Origin: an uncultured Bacteroidales bacterium
GTDB lineage: Bacteria; Bacteroidota; Bacteroidia; Bacteroidales; VadinHA17
Assembly: GCA_963849945.1 (NCBI GenBank)
Contig: CAWKJD010000003.1
Span: forward strand, 302,818-366,817
Length of the DNA: 64,000 nt
Reading direction: 5' to 3'
The translations under genes and the position numbers were made by a program. Below the pieces are notes generated by a model, which was given only the letters and a program-made list of their open reading frames with translations, did not search any database and had not been told where the DNA came from. Below are positions 7,627 through 15,615 of the stretch, piece after piece. Position 1 is the stretch's first letter. Each line of letters starts with the position of its first letter.

Positions 7627-7634
7627 TAGTTTTG
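7627..7634 (+). promoter_or_regulatory. -7 promoter box (TAGTTTTG) for the MFS/NahK operon
   Basis: Matches TAnnTTTG and lies about 65 nt upstream of the ATG at 7699. Confidence 0.4.
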
Positions 7635-7698
7635 GGACGAGACATCCGCATGACACAGTGCGCTGCGGTAATAACCATAATCTAACAACGGATATTCT

Positions 7699-9042
7699 AT
7701 GAACACAGTTGACACGGCGGCCCCGATGAGTCGCAAAAATTATGTGATCGGCCTGACAGTTATTGGCGTTTTCTTTTTCATCTTCGGGTTTCTTACTTGG
7801 CTGAATGGCATCCTGATACCGTTTCTCAGGACTGCCTGCGAGCTCACCAACTTTCAGGCCTATTTTGTAACCACAGCCTTCTATATTTCGTACTTCGTTA
7901 TGTCGCTTCCCTCATCTGCTCTGCTTAAAAAGACAGGTTTCAGGAAGGGGATGTCAATTGGTTTGTGGATCATGGCAATCGGAGCTCTGGTATTCATCCC
8001 TGCAGCTCTGTCACGTAATTATGGTATATTTCTGCTTGGGCTTTTCATCCAGGGAACGGGAATGGCTCTTCTGCAGACCGCGGTAAATCCGTATGTTACT
8101 ATCATTGGTCCGCGCGAAAGCGCTGCAAGGAGGATAAGCATGATGGGTATAGCCAACAAGTTTGCCGGTGCCATCGCTCCCATCATTATCGGAGCGCATA
8201 TCATGAAAGGCTCCAATGTCCTTGATCAGCAGCTTGCCTCAATAACCGATGCAGTCACCCGCGGGGAGATCCTTGACCAGCTGGCTACACGGGTCATTAA
8301 CCCATATATAATAATGGCAGTCATTCTGGTAGCGCTGGGATTTTTGCTGACCCTGGCACACCTGCCTGAGGTCGATACGGAAGCGGAGGAACCGGAGGTC
8401 GGTGAGACAAATGTCAACAAAAGCAGTATCTGGCATTTCCCGCATATGATTATAGGCGCTGTTGCACTCTTCTTTTATGTCGGAGTGGAGGTCATTGCCG
8501 GTGACACTATCATCCGTTACGGCCAGTCACTTAGTATAGATATGTCTTCAGCAAAATACTTCACTTCACTTACGATGCTGGGGATGATCATCGGTTATAT
8601 TATGGGCATAATACTGATACCCAAAGCGCTGAGCCAGATAAACGCCCTCCGCATTTCCGCCGTCCTTGGTATAATTTTTACTATCGGGGCTATAATGACT
8701 CCCTCTTCCACTCAAATAACCATGCCTTTCAGGGATCTGGTCACCTTTAATGCCGTAACGCTTACAATTCCGGTTACCGTACTTTTCGTGGCACTGCTGG
8801 GGCTTGCCAATGCGCTCGTCTGGCCTTCTATGTGGCCGCTGGCTCTTAACGGAGTAGGTAAATTCACAAAGACAGCATCGGCGCTTCTCATAATGTCAGT
8901 CGTGGGCGGTGCACTCATCCCTCTTCTTTACGGCAAGCTTGCTGATATCTTTAATACCCAGTCAGCGTACTGGGTATGCCTGCCGTGTTACCTCGTGCTG
9001 TTGTATTACTCAATCCACGGCTACAAGATTAAAGGCAGATAA
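7699..9042 (+). CDS. MFS sugar:H+ symporter, FucP/GluP/NagP (FHS) family
   Basis: 12-TM profile. The FGFLTWLNGILIPFL...ACELT start and overall pattern are typical of glucose/galactose and N-acetylglucosamine permeases. Confidence 0.8.
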   Translation: MNTVDTAAPMSRKNYVIGLTVIGVFFFIFGFLTWLNGILIPFLRTACELTNFQAYFVTTAFYISYFVMSLPSSALLKKTGFRKGMSIGLWIMAIGALVFIPAALSRNYGIFLLGLFIQGTGMALLQTAVNPYVTIIGPRESAARRISMMGIANKFAGAIAPIIIGAHIMKGSNVLDQQLASITDAVTRGEILDQLATRVINPYIIMAVILVALGFLLTLAHLPEVDTEAEEPEVGETNVNKSSIWHFPHMIIGAVALFFYVGVEVIAGDTIIRYGQSLSIDMSSAKYFTSLTMLGMIIGYIMGIILIPKALSQINALRISAVLGIIFTIGAIMTPSSTQITMPFRDLVTFNAVTLTIPVTVLFVALLGLANALVWPSMWPLALNGVGKFTKTASALLIMSVVGGALIPLLYGKLADIFNTQSAYWVCLPCYLVLLYYSIHGYKIKGR

Positions 9043-9054
9043 TAAAAAGATGTG

Positions 9055-10155
9055 ATGACGCCTGATATTAAAAAGATATACGACTGTTTCAGAGCGGAAG
9101 GCTCATACCTGTCAGGTCAGTTGTTCGGACCGGGCCATATACATGACACATACCGGATCATAACTGCGGAACAGCAATGTGATGATTATATCCTGCAACG
9201 GCTTAACAACCATGTATTCAAGGATATACCGATGCTGCAGGAGAATATGGAGCGAGTCACGGCACACCTGCACAAAAAGATCTCAGCCATCGAAGGCAGC
9301 GATGTCAGACGCGAGTGCCTGACACTGATACCCGTGAAAAGCACCGGGCGGTCATGGTACACAGATGAAAACGGAGATTTCTGGAGGATGTTCATCTTCA
9401 TTTCCGACCATAGATCATATGAAAGAGTTGATTCTCATCACAAAGCCTATGAAGGCGGAAGAATGATAGGGAGATTTCAGGCTATGCTTGCAGACCTCCC
9501 GGGCGAACCCCTTCACGAGACGATACCTGATTTTCATAACATTGTGAAGCGACTTGAAACTTTTCACAAGGTTATTTCGAATGACCCGGCCGGAAGAGTC
9601 TCCTCTGTCAGTTCTGAAATAAATGAGATAATCAGTCGTGAGGAGGAAATGAAGATCATTGTGAGGCTTGGAGAAGAGGGTAAGATACCTCTGAGGATTA
9701 CGCATAACGACACGAAATTCAACAATATCCTCTTCGACAGCAATGACAGGGCACTGTGCATTATAGACCTCGACACGGTGATGCCCGGTTACGTTCATTA
9801 TGACTTCGGCGATGCCATCCGTACCGGATCAAATACTGCCGACGAGGACAGTCCGGACATCTCTGCAGTATCAATGGACATCGGCATCTATGAAGCATAT
9901 GCCAGGGGCTACCTGTCAGAAATGACCGGTACGCTGAATGACACTGAAAAAGAGTACCTCGCTTTCGCGCCCCGACTGCTGACATATATTATGGCCACAA
10001 GATTCCTGACCGATTACATTGACGGCGACAAATACTACAAGATCAAATATCCTAAGCATAACCTGCAGAGAAATATAGTTCAGATAGCCCTGCTTAAAAG
10101 CATGGAAGCTCAACGTGAAAAGATGGAACTTATCATCAAAAACATCACAGGATAA
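9055..10155 (+). CDS. nahK: N-acetylhexosamine 1-kinase (NahK/LnpB-type, APH phosphotransferase fold)
   Basis: GPGHIHDTYRI, YILQRLNNHVFKD, IPLRITHNDTKFNNILFD, IIDLDTVMPGYVHYDFGDAIRTG and RFLTDYIDGDKYYKIKYPKHNL closely parallel the Bifidobacterium longum NahK sequence as I recall it. ATG at 9055; the track uses GTG at 9052. Confidence 0.8.
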   Translation: MTPDIKKIYDCFRAEGSYLSGQLFGPGHIHDTYRIITAEQQCDDYILQRLNNHVFKDIPMLQENMERVTAHLHKKISAIEGSDVRRECLTLIPVKSTGRSWYTDENGDFWRMFIFISDHRSYERVDSHHKAYEGGRMIGRFQAMLADLPGEPLHETIPDFHNIVKRLETFHKVISNDPAGRVSSVSSEINEIISREEEMKIIVRLGEEGKIPLRITHNDTKFNNILFDSNDRALCIIDLDTVMPGYVHYDFGDAIRTGSNTADEDSPDISAVSMDIGIYEAYARGYLSEMTGTLNDTEKEYLAFAPRLLTYIMATRFLTDYIDGDKYYKIKYPKHNLQRNIVQIALLKSMEAQREKMELIIKNITG

Positions 10156-10355
10156 AAAGACTATTGCCTGCATTAATTACTACCGCACAGCTACAGAATT
10201 GAAGGCCTACACCTCTCCTGTGGGGCTTACAGCGTCCTGACCGGAGCCCTCAAAGACATCGTTCACCAACCATTTTTGGATATTACCGGTAAATTAATGA
10301 CTTTTGTCATGCCGTTCAAAACGGCAGGCTTATCATTTAAATTAATCGTGAGGCG

Positions 10356-11912
10356 ATGGATATTAACGGGAAATACTTCAAATCTTACCTCGAACGTGAG
10401 GATGCTCTCAAAAAGCAGTATAATACCGAGCGTTTAAAGAAACAGCACTCAAAGGGCAAGCTTACGGCACATGAGAGGATTGCGCTTCTGTTTGACACCG
10501 GTACTTTTGAAGAGGTTGATACCTTTGTCACACCGCTGGATACAGGTGTTGAGTTCGGGAAGGTTGAAAAGTCCTTCGGTGACGGTGTCGTCACAGGTCA
10601 TGGCAAGATAGACGGGCGCCTGGTTTTTGCTTTTGCGCAGGATTTCACAATAATGGGAGGCTCACTCGGTATCGTTCATGCCCGTAAGATCGCCAAGGTG
10701 CAGGAGATGGCTCTGAAAATGGGCGCTCCATTCATCGGTATAAATGATTCGGGAGGAGCGAGAATTCAGGAGGGTATCGCCAGTCTTAGCGGTTACGCTG
10801 TCATTTTCAATAACATTATACAATCATCAGGAATTATCCCCCAGATATCGGCGGTAATGGGTCCGGCAGCCGGCGGCGCTGTCTACTCGCCTGCACTGAC
10901 CGATTGGGTTTTCATGACCAGCCATACGAGCTATATGTTCGTGACAGGGCCAAATGTTGTAAAGGAAGTACTCAACGAGGAGATCAGCAGTGAGGATCTC
11001 GGAGGCGCTGAAGTGCATGCACGAAAGAGCGGCGTCGCCAATATGATATACGATGATGAGGAAAACACTATTATCGCTATAAGGAAATTGCTGTCGTACC
11101 TGCCCTCCAACAACCTGGAGAACCCTCCTGTTGTTGAATATAATGATGACACTCCTGATGTGAATGAGAAGCTTCGCGACATAGTCCCCGATGACCCAAA
11201 CAAGGCTTATGATGTTCGTGATATCATCAATCTGATTGTTGACCGCAACAGTTTCTTTGAAACCTCGGAGCTTTTTGCGGCGAATATTGTCACCGGCTTT
11301 GGCCGCCTGGAGGGCAGAACCATAGGAGTCGTTGCCAATCAGCCCAAAGTACTCGCCGGAGTGCTTGATATAGATTCATCAACCAAAGGCGCACGCTTCA
11401 TAAGGTTCTGCGATGCCTTCAACATACCCATATTAACACTTGAGGATGTACCTGGTTTCCTGCCCGGAAAGGATCAGGAGCACTCAGGCATTATAAGGCA
11501 TGGCGCGAAGCTGCTGTTTGCATACGCTGAAGCAACGGTGCCGCGGATCACGGTTATCCTCCGCAAGGCATACGGTGGCGCCTATATAGTGATGAACAGT
11601 CGCGGCATGGGAGGCGACTTCAACTACGCATGGCCATCAGCAGAGATTGCCGTGATGGGCCCTGACGGTGCGGTGGCTATCCTTTACAGACGCGAGCTGG
11701 CAGCAGCGAAAGACCCGGCAGCGCTGAAAAAGGAACTGGTGAAAAAATATCGTGAGAAAGTTGCAAATCCGTTTATCGCTGATGAAAAGGGTTATATCGA
11801 TGAGGTGATAGATCCCGCCAGGACACGTTTGAAACTGTTATCAGCATTCTCGGCCCTGAGCAACAAAAGTGTCAAGGTGCCGTCACGCAAGCACGGGAAT
11901 ATGCCTTTGTAA
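10356..11912 (+). CDS. Acyl-CoA carboxylase carboxyltransferase subunit (propionyl-CoA carboxylase beta / methylmalonyl-CoA carboxyltransferase 12S family)
   Basis: KGKLTAHERIALLFD, DFTIMGGSLG, INDSGGARIQEG, MGPAAGGAVYSPALTD, VANQP..LAGVLDIDSS.KGARFIRFCDAFNIP, RKAYGGAYIVM. Confidence 0.9.
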   Translation: MDINGKYFKSYLEREDALKKQYNTERLKKQHSKGKLTAHERIALLFDTGTFEEVDTFVTPLDTGVEFGKVEKSFGDGVVTGHGKIDGRLVFAFAQDFTIMGGSLGIVHARKIAKVQEMALKMGAPFIGINDSGGARIQEGIASLSGYAVIFNNIIQSSGIIPQISAVMGPAAGGAVYSPALTDWVFMTSHTSYMFVTGPNVVKEVLNEEISSEDLGGAEVHARKSGVANMIYDDEENTIIAIRKLLSYLPSNNLENPPVVEYNDDTPDVNEKLRDIVPDDPNKAYDVRDIINLIVDRNSFFETSELFAANIVTGFGRLEGRTIGVVANQPKVLAGVLDIDSSTKGARFIRFCDAFNIPILTLEDVPGFLPGKDQEHSGIIRHGAKLLFAYAEATVPRITVILRKAYGGAYIVMNSRGMGGDFNYAWPSAEIAVMGPDGAVAILYRRELAAAKDPAALKKELVKKYREKVANPFIADEKGYIDEVIDPARTRLKLLSAFSALSNKSVKVPSRKHGNMPL

Positions 11913-11968
11913 AGTCTAAAGTCTTAAAGTCTAAAGTCTTAAAGTCTAAAGTCTTAAAGTCAAAAGTC
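11910..11968 (+). repeat. Period-7/8 tandem array TAAAGTC / TTAAAGTC, 8 units, starting with the stop codon of the upstream gene
   Basis: taaagtc taaagtct taaagtc taaagtct taaagtc taaagtct taaagtc aaaagtc. The first TAA is the stop codon at 11910-11912. Confidence 0.9.
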
Positions 11969-12013
11969 GGATGTCTGAAGCCGGAGGTCCAATGGGTAAT
12001 GATAAATGAATCA

Positions 12014-13522
12014 ATGAAAAAGATAAAAAGGATATTGATTGCGAACAGGGGCGAGATTGCTGTGCGCATAATGCGAACGGCACAGCTCATGGGGATAAAG
12101 TGCGTGGCTATACGCACTGCCGCAGAGCCTAACGCAATGTACCTCTCGCTGGCTGACACCGTCTATGATGAAGTTGATGACGCTTCTGAAATTACGGTCT
12201 TTCTGGATATTGAGAAGCTGATATCCATTGCCCTTGAAAATAAGTGTGATGCATTGCACCCCGGTTACGGTTTCCTTGCCGAGAATGCATATTTTGCCGA
12301 AAGGTGCAGGGATAACAACATCATTTTTATCGGTCCATCACCCAACTCAATATATAAGATGGGCAACAAGACCGTCGCAAAGCAGATTGCCTTAAAGCAT
12401 AAAATACCCATGGCCATGGGCAGTCCCGGTAGCATCGCCGATGAGGACGAGGCTCTGAAGCATGCGGAAAGGATCGGATACCCCGTGATCATTAAAGCAG
12501 CTTCCGGCGGAGGCGGACGAGGCATGCGCATTGTAAGGCAGGCATCGGAGATGGAGAAGATGTTTACTCTCGCTAGCCGAGAGGCCGAGAAAGCTTTCAA
12601 TGACCCGAGCGTCTTCGTCGAGAAATACATAGAAAACCCAAAACATATTGAATTTCAGATACTTGGAGACATGTTTGGGAACGTCATCCACCTTGGTGAG
12701 AGAGAGTGTTCAATCCAGAGGAAACATCAGAAGCTGCTTGAGGAAGCCCCCTCTCCTGCCCTCGATGACGAGCTGAGGGAAAGAATGGGCTCAATGGCTG
12801 TCAGGTTGGCAAAAGCTGTAGGATATTACTCTGCCGGCACTGTTGAATTCCTACTGGACTCAGACCGCAACTTCTATTTTATGGAGATGAACACCCGCAT
12901 TCAGGTTGAGCATCCGGTGACGGAGATGATAACGGGAATAGATCTGATTGAACAGCAATTGAGGATAGCCGGCGGTGAAGAGCTTACTCTTCATCAGGAG
13001 GATATTAATCTTACAGGCTGGGCAATCGAATGCCGGATAAATGCTGAAGATGTGCAGGCGGGATTCGCCCCTGCTCCCGGCAGGATTGAAAAGATAAGCT
13101 TTCCTGAAGAACCGGGCATAAGGGTCGACACGGGTGTCAGTGCAGGTTCAAGCATAGTTGCAGCTTATGATTCGATGATCGCTAAGCTGATAGTAACAGG
13201 CTCCGACAGAAAGCATGCAATTACGAATACCAAACTGGCTCTGGATAAAATATGGATCAAGGGCACAAAAACGACGCTCCCTTTCTTCCGTATGCTGATG
13301 CGCAACCATCTGTTCCAGTCCGGCACATTCACGACGGCATTCATCGAAAAAGACCTGGACAAATACTACAGCACCGGTGATTATGAAGAGACGATAGCCG
13401 CCTGGCTCGCGACAAAGCTTTTCGTCGAGGAGAACCTTACAGAAAAGAAACTGAACATAAGTTTTAACCAGGGCAAGGAGCTTACGCCATGGCTTCTCAG
13501 GAAGAGACTTACACAATTCTAA
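12014..13522 (+). CDS. Biotin carboxylase subunit of acyl-CoA carboxylase
   Basis: MKKIKRILIANRGEIAVRIMRTA, HPGYGFLAEN, GYPVIIKAASGGGGRGMRIV, ERECSIQRKHQKLLEEAPS, EMNTRIQVEHPVTE. An alternative ATG lies at 11999. Confidence 0.9.
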   Translation: MKKIKRILIANRGEIAVRIMRTAQLMGIKCVAIRTAAEPNAMYLSLADTVYDEVDDASEITVFLDIEKLISIALENKCDALHPGYGFLAENAYFAERCRDNNIIFIGPSPNSIYKMGNKTVAKQIALKHKIPMAMGSPGSIADEDEALKHAERIGYPVIIKAASGGGGRGMRIVRQASEMEKMFTLASREAEKAFNDPSVFVEKYIENPKHIEFQILGDMFGNVIHLGERECSIQRKHQKLLEEAPSPALDDELRERMGSMAVRLAKAVGYYSAGTVEFLLDSDRNFYFMEMNTRIQVEHPVTEMITGIDLIEQQLRIAGGEELTLHQEDINLTGWAIECRINAEDVQAGFAPAPGRIEKISFPEEPGIRVDTGVSAGSSIVAAYDSMIAKLIVTGSDRKHAITNTKLALDKIWIKGTKTTLPFFRMLMRNHLFQSGTFTTAFIEKDLDKYYSTGDYEETIAAWLATKLFVEENLTEKKLNISFNQGKELTPWLLRKRLTQF

Positions 13523-13532
13523 TAATCAGCCG

Positions 13533-14063
13533 ATGAGACCTGATAAACCGGGAATAAAAAAGCTTTACGCACAGTCAGTTGACGGTCAGACTTTTTCTTT
13601 TAACCTGCCGCTGAAGAATATTATCAAAGTCAATAAACGTGAATATAAGATAGAGCTGCGGGAGGATGACAAATACGGTATTCATGTTCTCTGGAAGAAC
13701 AGACGGTATCCGGTTGAGATAGTACGGACAAAGCAGAACAGGTACGAGATCCTGTTCAATGACATAAGCCATACGTTCACTGTCGAAACACCTATTTCCA
13801 TGCAGCGCAAGAAAGTGCTTGGCAGCTCGCAGGGCAAAAATGAGAATCTTGTGGTGCGTGCTCCGATGCCAGGCAAGATAGTTGACGTTCTGGTGCGGGA
13901 GAACGCCGAAGTGATGCGTGGAGAGGCCCTGGTAATACTCGAAGCCATGAAGATGCAGAATGAGATCCAGTCAGATGCAAACGGCACGGTGACCAGAATA
14001 GCTGTCAAACCAGGCCAGAATGTCATGAAGGATGATATCCTGGCGGAGATAACCGTAAAATAA
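13533..14063 (+). CDS. Biotin carboxyl carrier protein (biotinyl/lipoyl domain)
   Basis: The C-terminal VRAPMPGKIVDVLVRENAEVMRGEALVILEAMKMQNEI carries the AMKM biotinylation motif. Confidence 0.85.
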   Translation: MRPDKPGIKKLYAQSVDGQTFSFNLPLKNIIKVNKREYKIELREDDKYGIHVLWKNRRYPVEIVRTKQNRYEILFNDISHTFTVETPISMQRKKVLGSSQGKNENLVVRAPMPGKIVDVLVRENAEVMRGEALVILEAMKMQNEIQSDANGTVTRIAVKPGQNVMKDDILAEITVK

Positions 14064-14091
14064 AACCGGCGCAATGATTGGCGCCGGTTTT
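14062..14091. terminator. Bidirectional rho-independent terminator
   Basis: aaaaccggcgc (14062-14072) pairs perfectly with gcgccggtttt (14081-14091) around an 8-nt loop. A-run and T-run flanks serve both convergent genes. Confidence 0.75.
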
Positions 14092-14092
14092 C

Positions 14093-14121
14093 GTAGCGGC
14101 GCCCCACCAGGGCGCCGTTAC
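14093..14121. repeat. GC-rich palindromic element, copy 1 (GTAGCGGCGCCC-cacca-GGGCGCCGTTAC)
   Basis: Near-identical to 18112-18140. The stem differs by a compensatory G-C versus A-T pair. Confidence 0.7.
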
Positions 14122-14128
14122 ATGGTAT

Positions 14129-15598
14129 TTACAAATCCACCTTTTTAATTGGTGCGTTCTTCAGCGTTGCCACAAGGAAATTCCAGAACTTTCCGACAAA
14201 TTCAATCTCGACCTTCTCATCAGGACTGTGCGGGAAACGTATCGTCGGGCCGAAACTGATAGAATCAAGCTTCGGATATCCTCCCATTATGATACCGCAC
14301 TCAAGACCGGCGTGAATGGCCTTTATCTCAGGAACCTTACCATAAAGCTTCTGGTAGGTCTCCTGCATCGTCTTAAGTATCGGGCTTGACATATCGGGGT
14401 TCCATCCCGGATAGCTGCCTGACAGCTCTACCTCAGCATCAGCAAGCTGAAATCCTGCGGCGATCTTCCAGGCAATAGCCTCTTTTGCCGTATCAACCGA
14501 GCTGCGAGTGAGGCAATGAGCCTGGAATTTGCCTTCCCTGATACTTACAATGGCCAGGTTGTTTGATGTTTCAACAAGTCCGGGCATGCTGTGGCTCATC
14601 CTCTGCACTCCGTTGGGGCATACGTATACGCACCTGATTATCCGGTACTGATCGCCTGCATTCATCACTTTTGCAGGAGCCTCGGATGCTTTTGCGCTCA
14701 TTTTGATATCAGGGTCAACCTCTTTAAACTCGCTCCTGTAAATCTTCTCGTAACCCTTCACAAACTTTTCAAACTGTGCCTTCTTTATTGACGGGACAAC
14801 CACTGTGGCAAAAGACTCACGGGGTATTGCGTTGCGCAGGTCTCCGCCGCTGAAGTCAGCAATGCGCATTCCGAAGTTATGTTCAGCCTGCTGGAAGAAC
14901 CTGAACATAAGCTTGTTGGCATTAGCACGACCGAGATGTATGTCAACACCGGAGTGGCCTCCGCGCAGTCCTTTCAGTGTTATATTATATGCAGTCACAC
15001 CTGCAGGAGTCTTTTCCTGTTTATAGTTGCGTGTGGCGCTGACATCTATCCCGCCGGCACATCCGACGTATAGTTCTCCCTCATCCTCGGAGTCCATGTT
15101 GATCATGATCTCTCCCCTGAGTATTCCTTTCTTAAGATTCTTGGCGCCTGTCATTCCCGTTTCCTCGTCGACGGTGAAAAGTGCCTCCAGTGGTCCGTGA
15201 ACGACTTTCGGGTCGGTCATGGCAGCCATTGCTGCAGCCACGCCGATACCGTTGTCGGCTCCGAGGGTGGTGCCATTGGCCTTCACCCATCCCTGGTCAA
15301 CGCGGGTCTCTATCGGATCCTTTTCAAAGTCGAACTTCTTATCGGAGTTCTTCTGAGGCACCATGTCGAGATGACCCTGCATGATGATCCCCTTGCGGTT
15401 TTCCATGCCTTTGGTGGCAGGTTTGCGAAGTATGACATTGCCGGTCTTGTCAGTGATTGTCTCCAGGCCGTGCTCCTTGCCAAATTTCTTCATGTATTCA
15501 GTCATCCCCTTTTCCTTCTTCGAAGGACGGGGAATCTGTGTAATCTCATGGAAATACTTCCATACCAGTTTGGGTTCAAGATTTCTTATGTCACTCAT
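14129..15598 (-). CDS. pepD: Aminoacyl-histidine (Xaa-His) dipeptidase PepD, peptidase M20C
   Basis: LEPKLVWKYFHEITQIPRPSKKE...QGHLDMVPQKN...GTTLGADNGIGVA...TVDEETGMTGA...SYPGWNP...IHAGLECG. Length 489 aa. Confidence 0.9.
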   Translation of the reverse strand: MSDIRNLEPKLVWKYFHEITQIPRPSKKEKGMTEYMKKFGKEHGLETITDKTGNVILRKPATKGMENRKGIIMQGHLDMVPQKNSDKKFDFEKDPIETRVDQGWVKANGTTLGADNGIGVAAAMAAMTDPKVVHGPLEALFTVDEETGMTGAKNLKKGILRGEIMINMDSEDEGELYVGCAGGIDVSATRNYKQEKTPAGVTAYNITLKGLRGGHSGVDIHLGRANANKLMFRFFQQAEHNFGMRIADFSGGDLRNAIPRESFATVVVPSIKKAQFEKFVKGYEKIYRSEFKEVDPDIKMSAKASEAPAKVMNAGDQYRIIRCVYVCPNGVQRMSHSMPGLVETSNNLAIVSIREGKFQAHCLTRSSVDTAKEAIAWKIAAGFQLADAEVELSGSYPGWNPDMSSPILKTMQETYQKLYGKVPEIKAIHAGLECGIIMGGYPKLDSISFGPTIRFPHSPDEKVEIEFVGKFWNFLVATLKNAPIKKVDL

Positions 15599-15615
15599 AT
15601 CTGAAATGTTTTTGA

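Noticed and set aside
10156-10355. 200-nt leader upstream of the carboxylase operon as a riboswitch; hairpin tgccgt-tcaaa-acggca
   Set aside because: I see no resemblance to any riboswitch class I can recognise, and the single short hairpin lacks a U-run. The evidence is insufficient.
11872-12159. 95-aa minus-strand ORF containing FDFKTLDFKTLDFKTLDF
   Set aside because: The repetitive peptide is simply the translation of the intergenic heptamer array. The rest is antisense to the biotin carboxylase start.
13682-14107. 141-aa minus-strand ORF
   Set aside because: It is an antisense shadow ORF inside a well-supported gene with strong motif evidence (the BCCP gene). The same applies to 15197-15604, 28080-28577, 28190-28618, 12265-12630, 9415-9798, 49232-49732 and 54544-54960. 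ORF 29619-30023 is a same-strand alternative-frame ORF inside 29635-30480. None has independent support.
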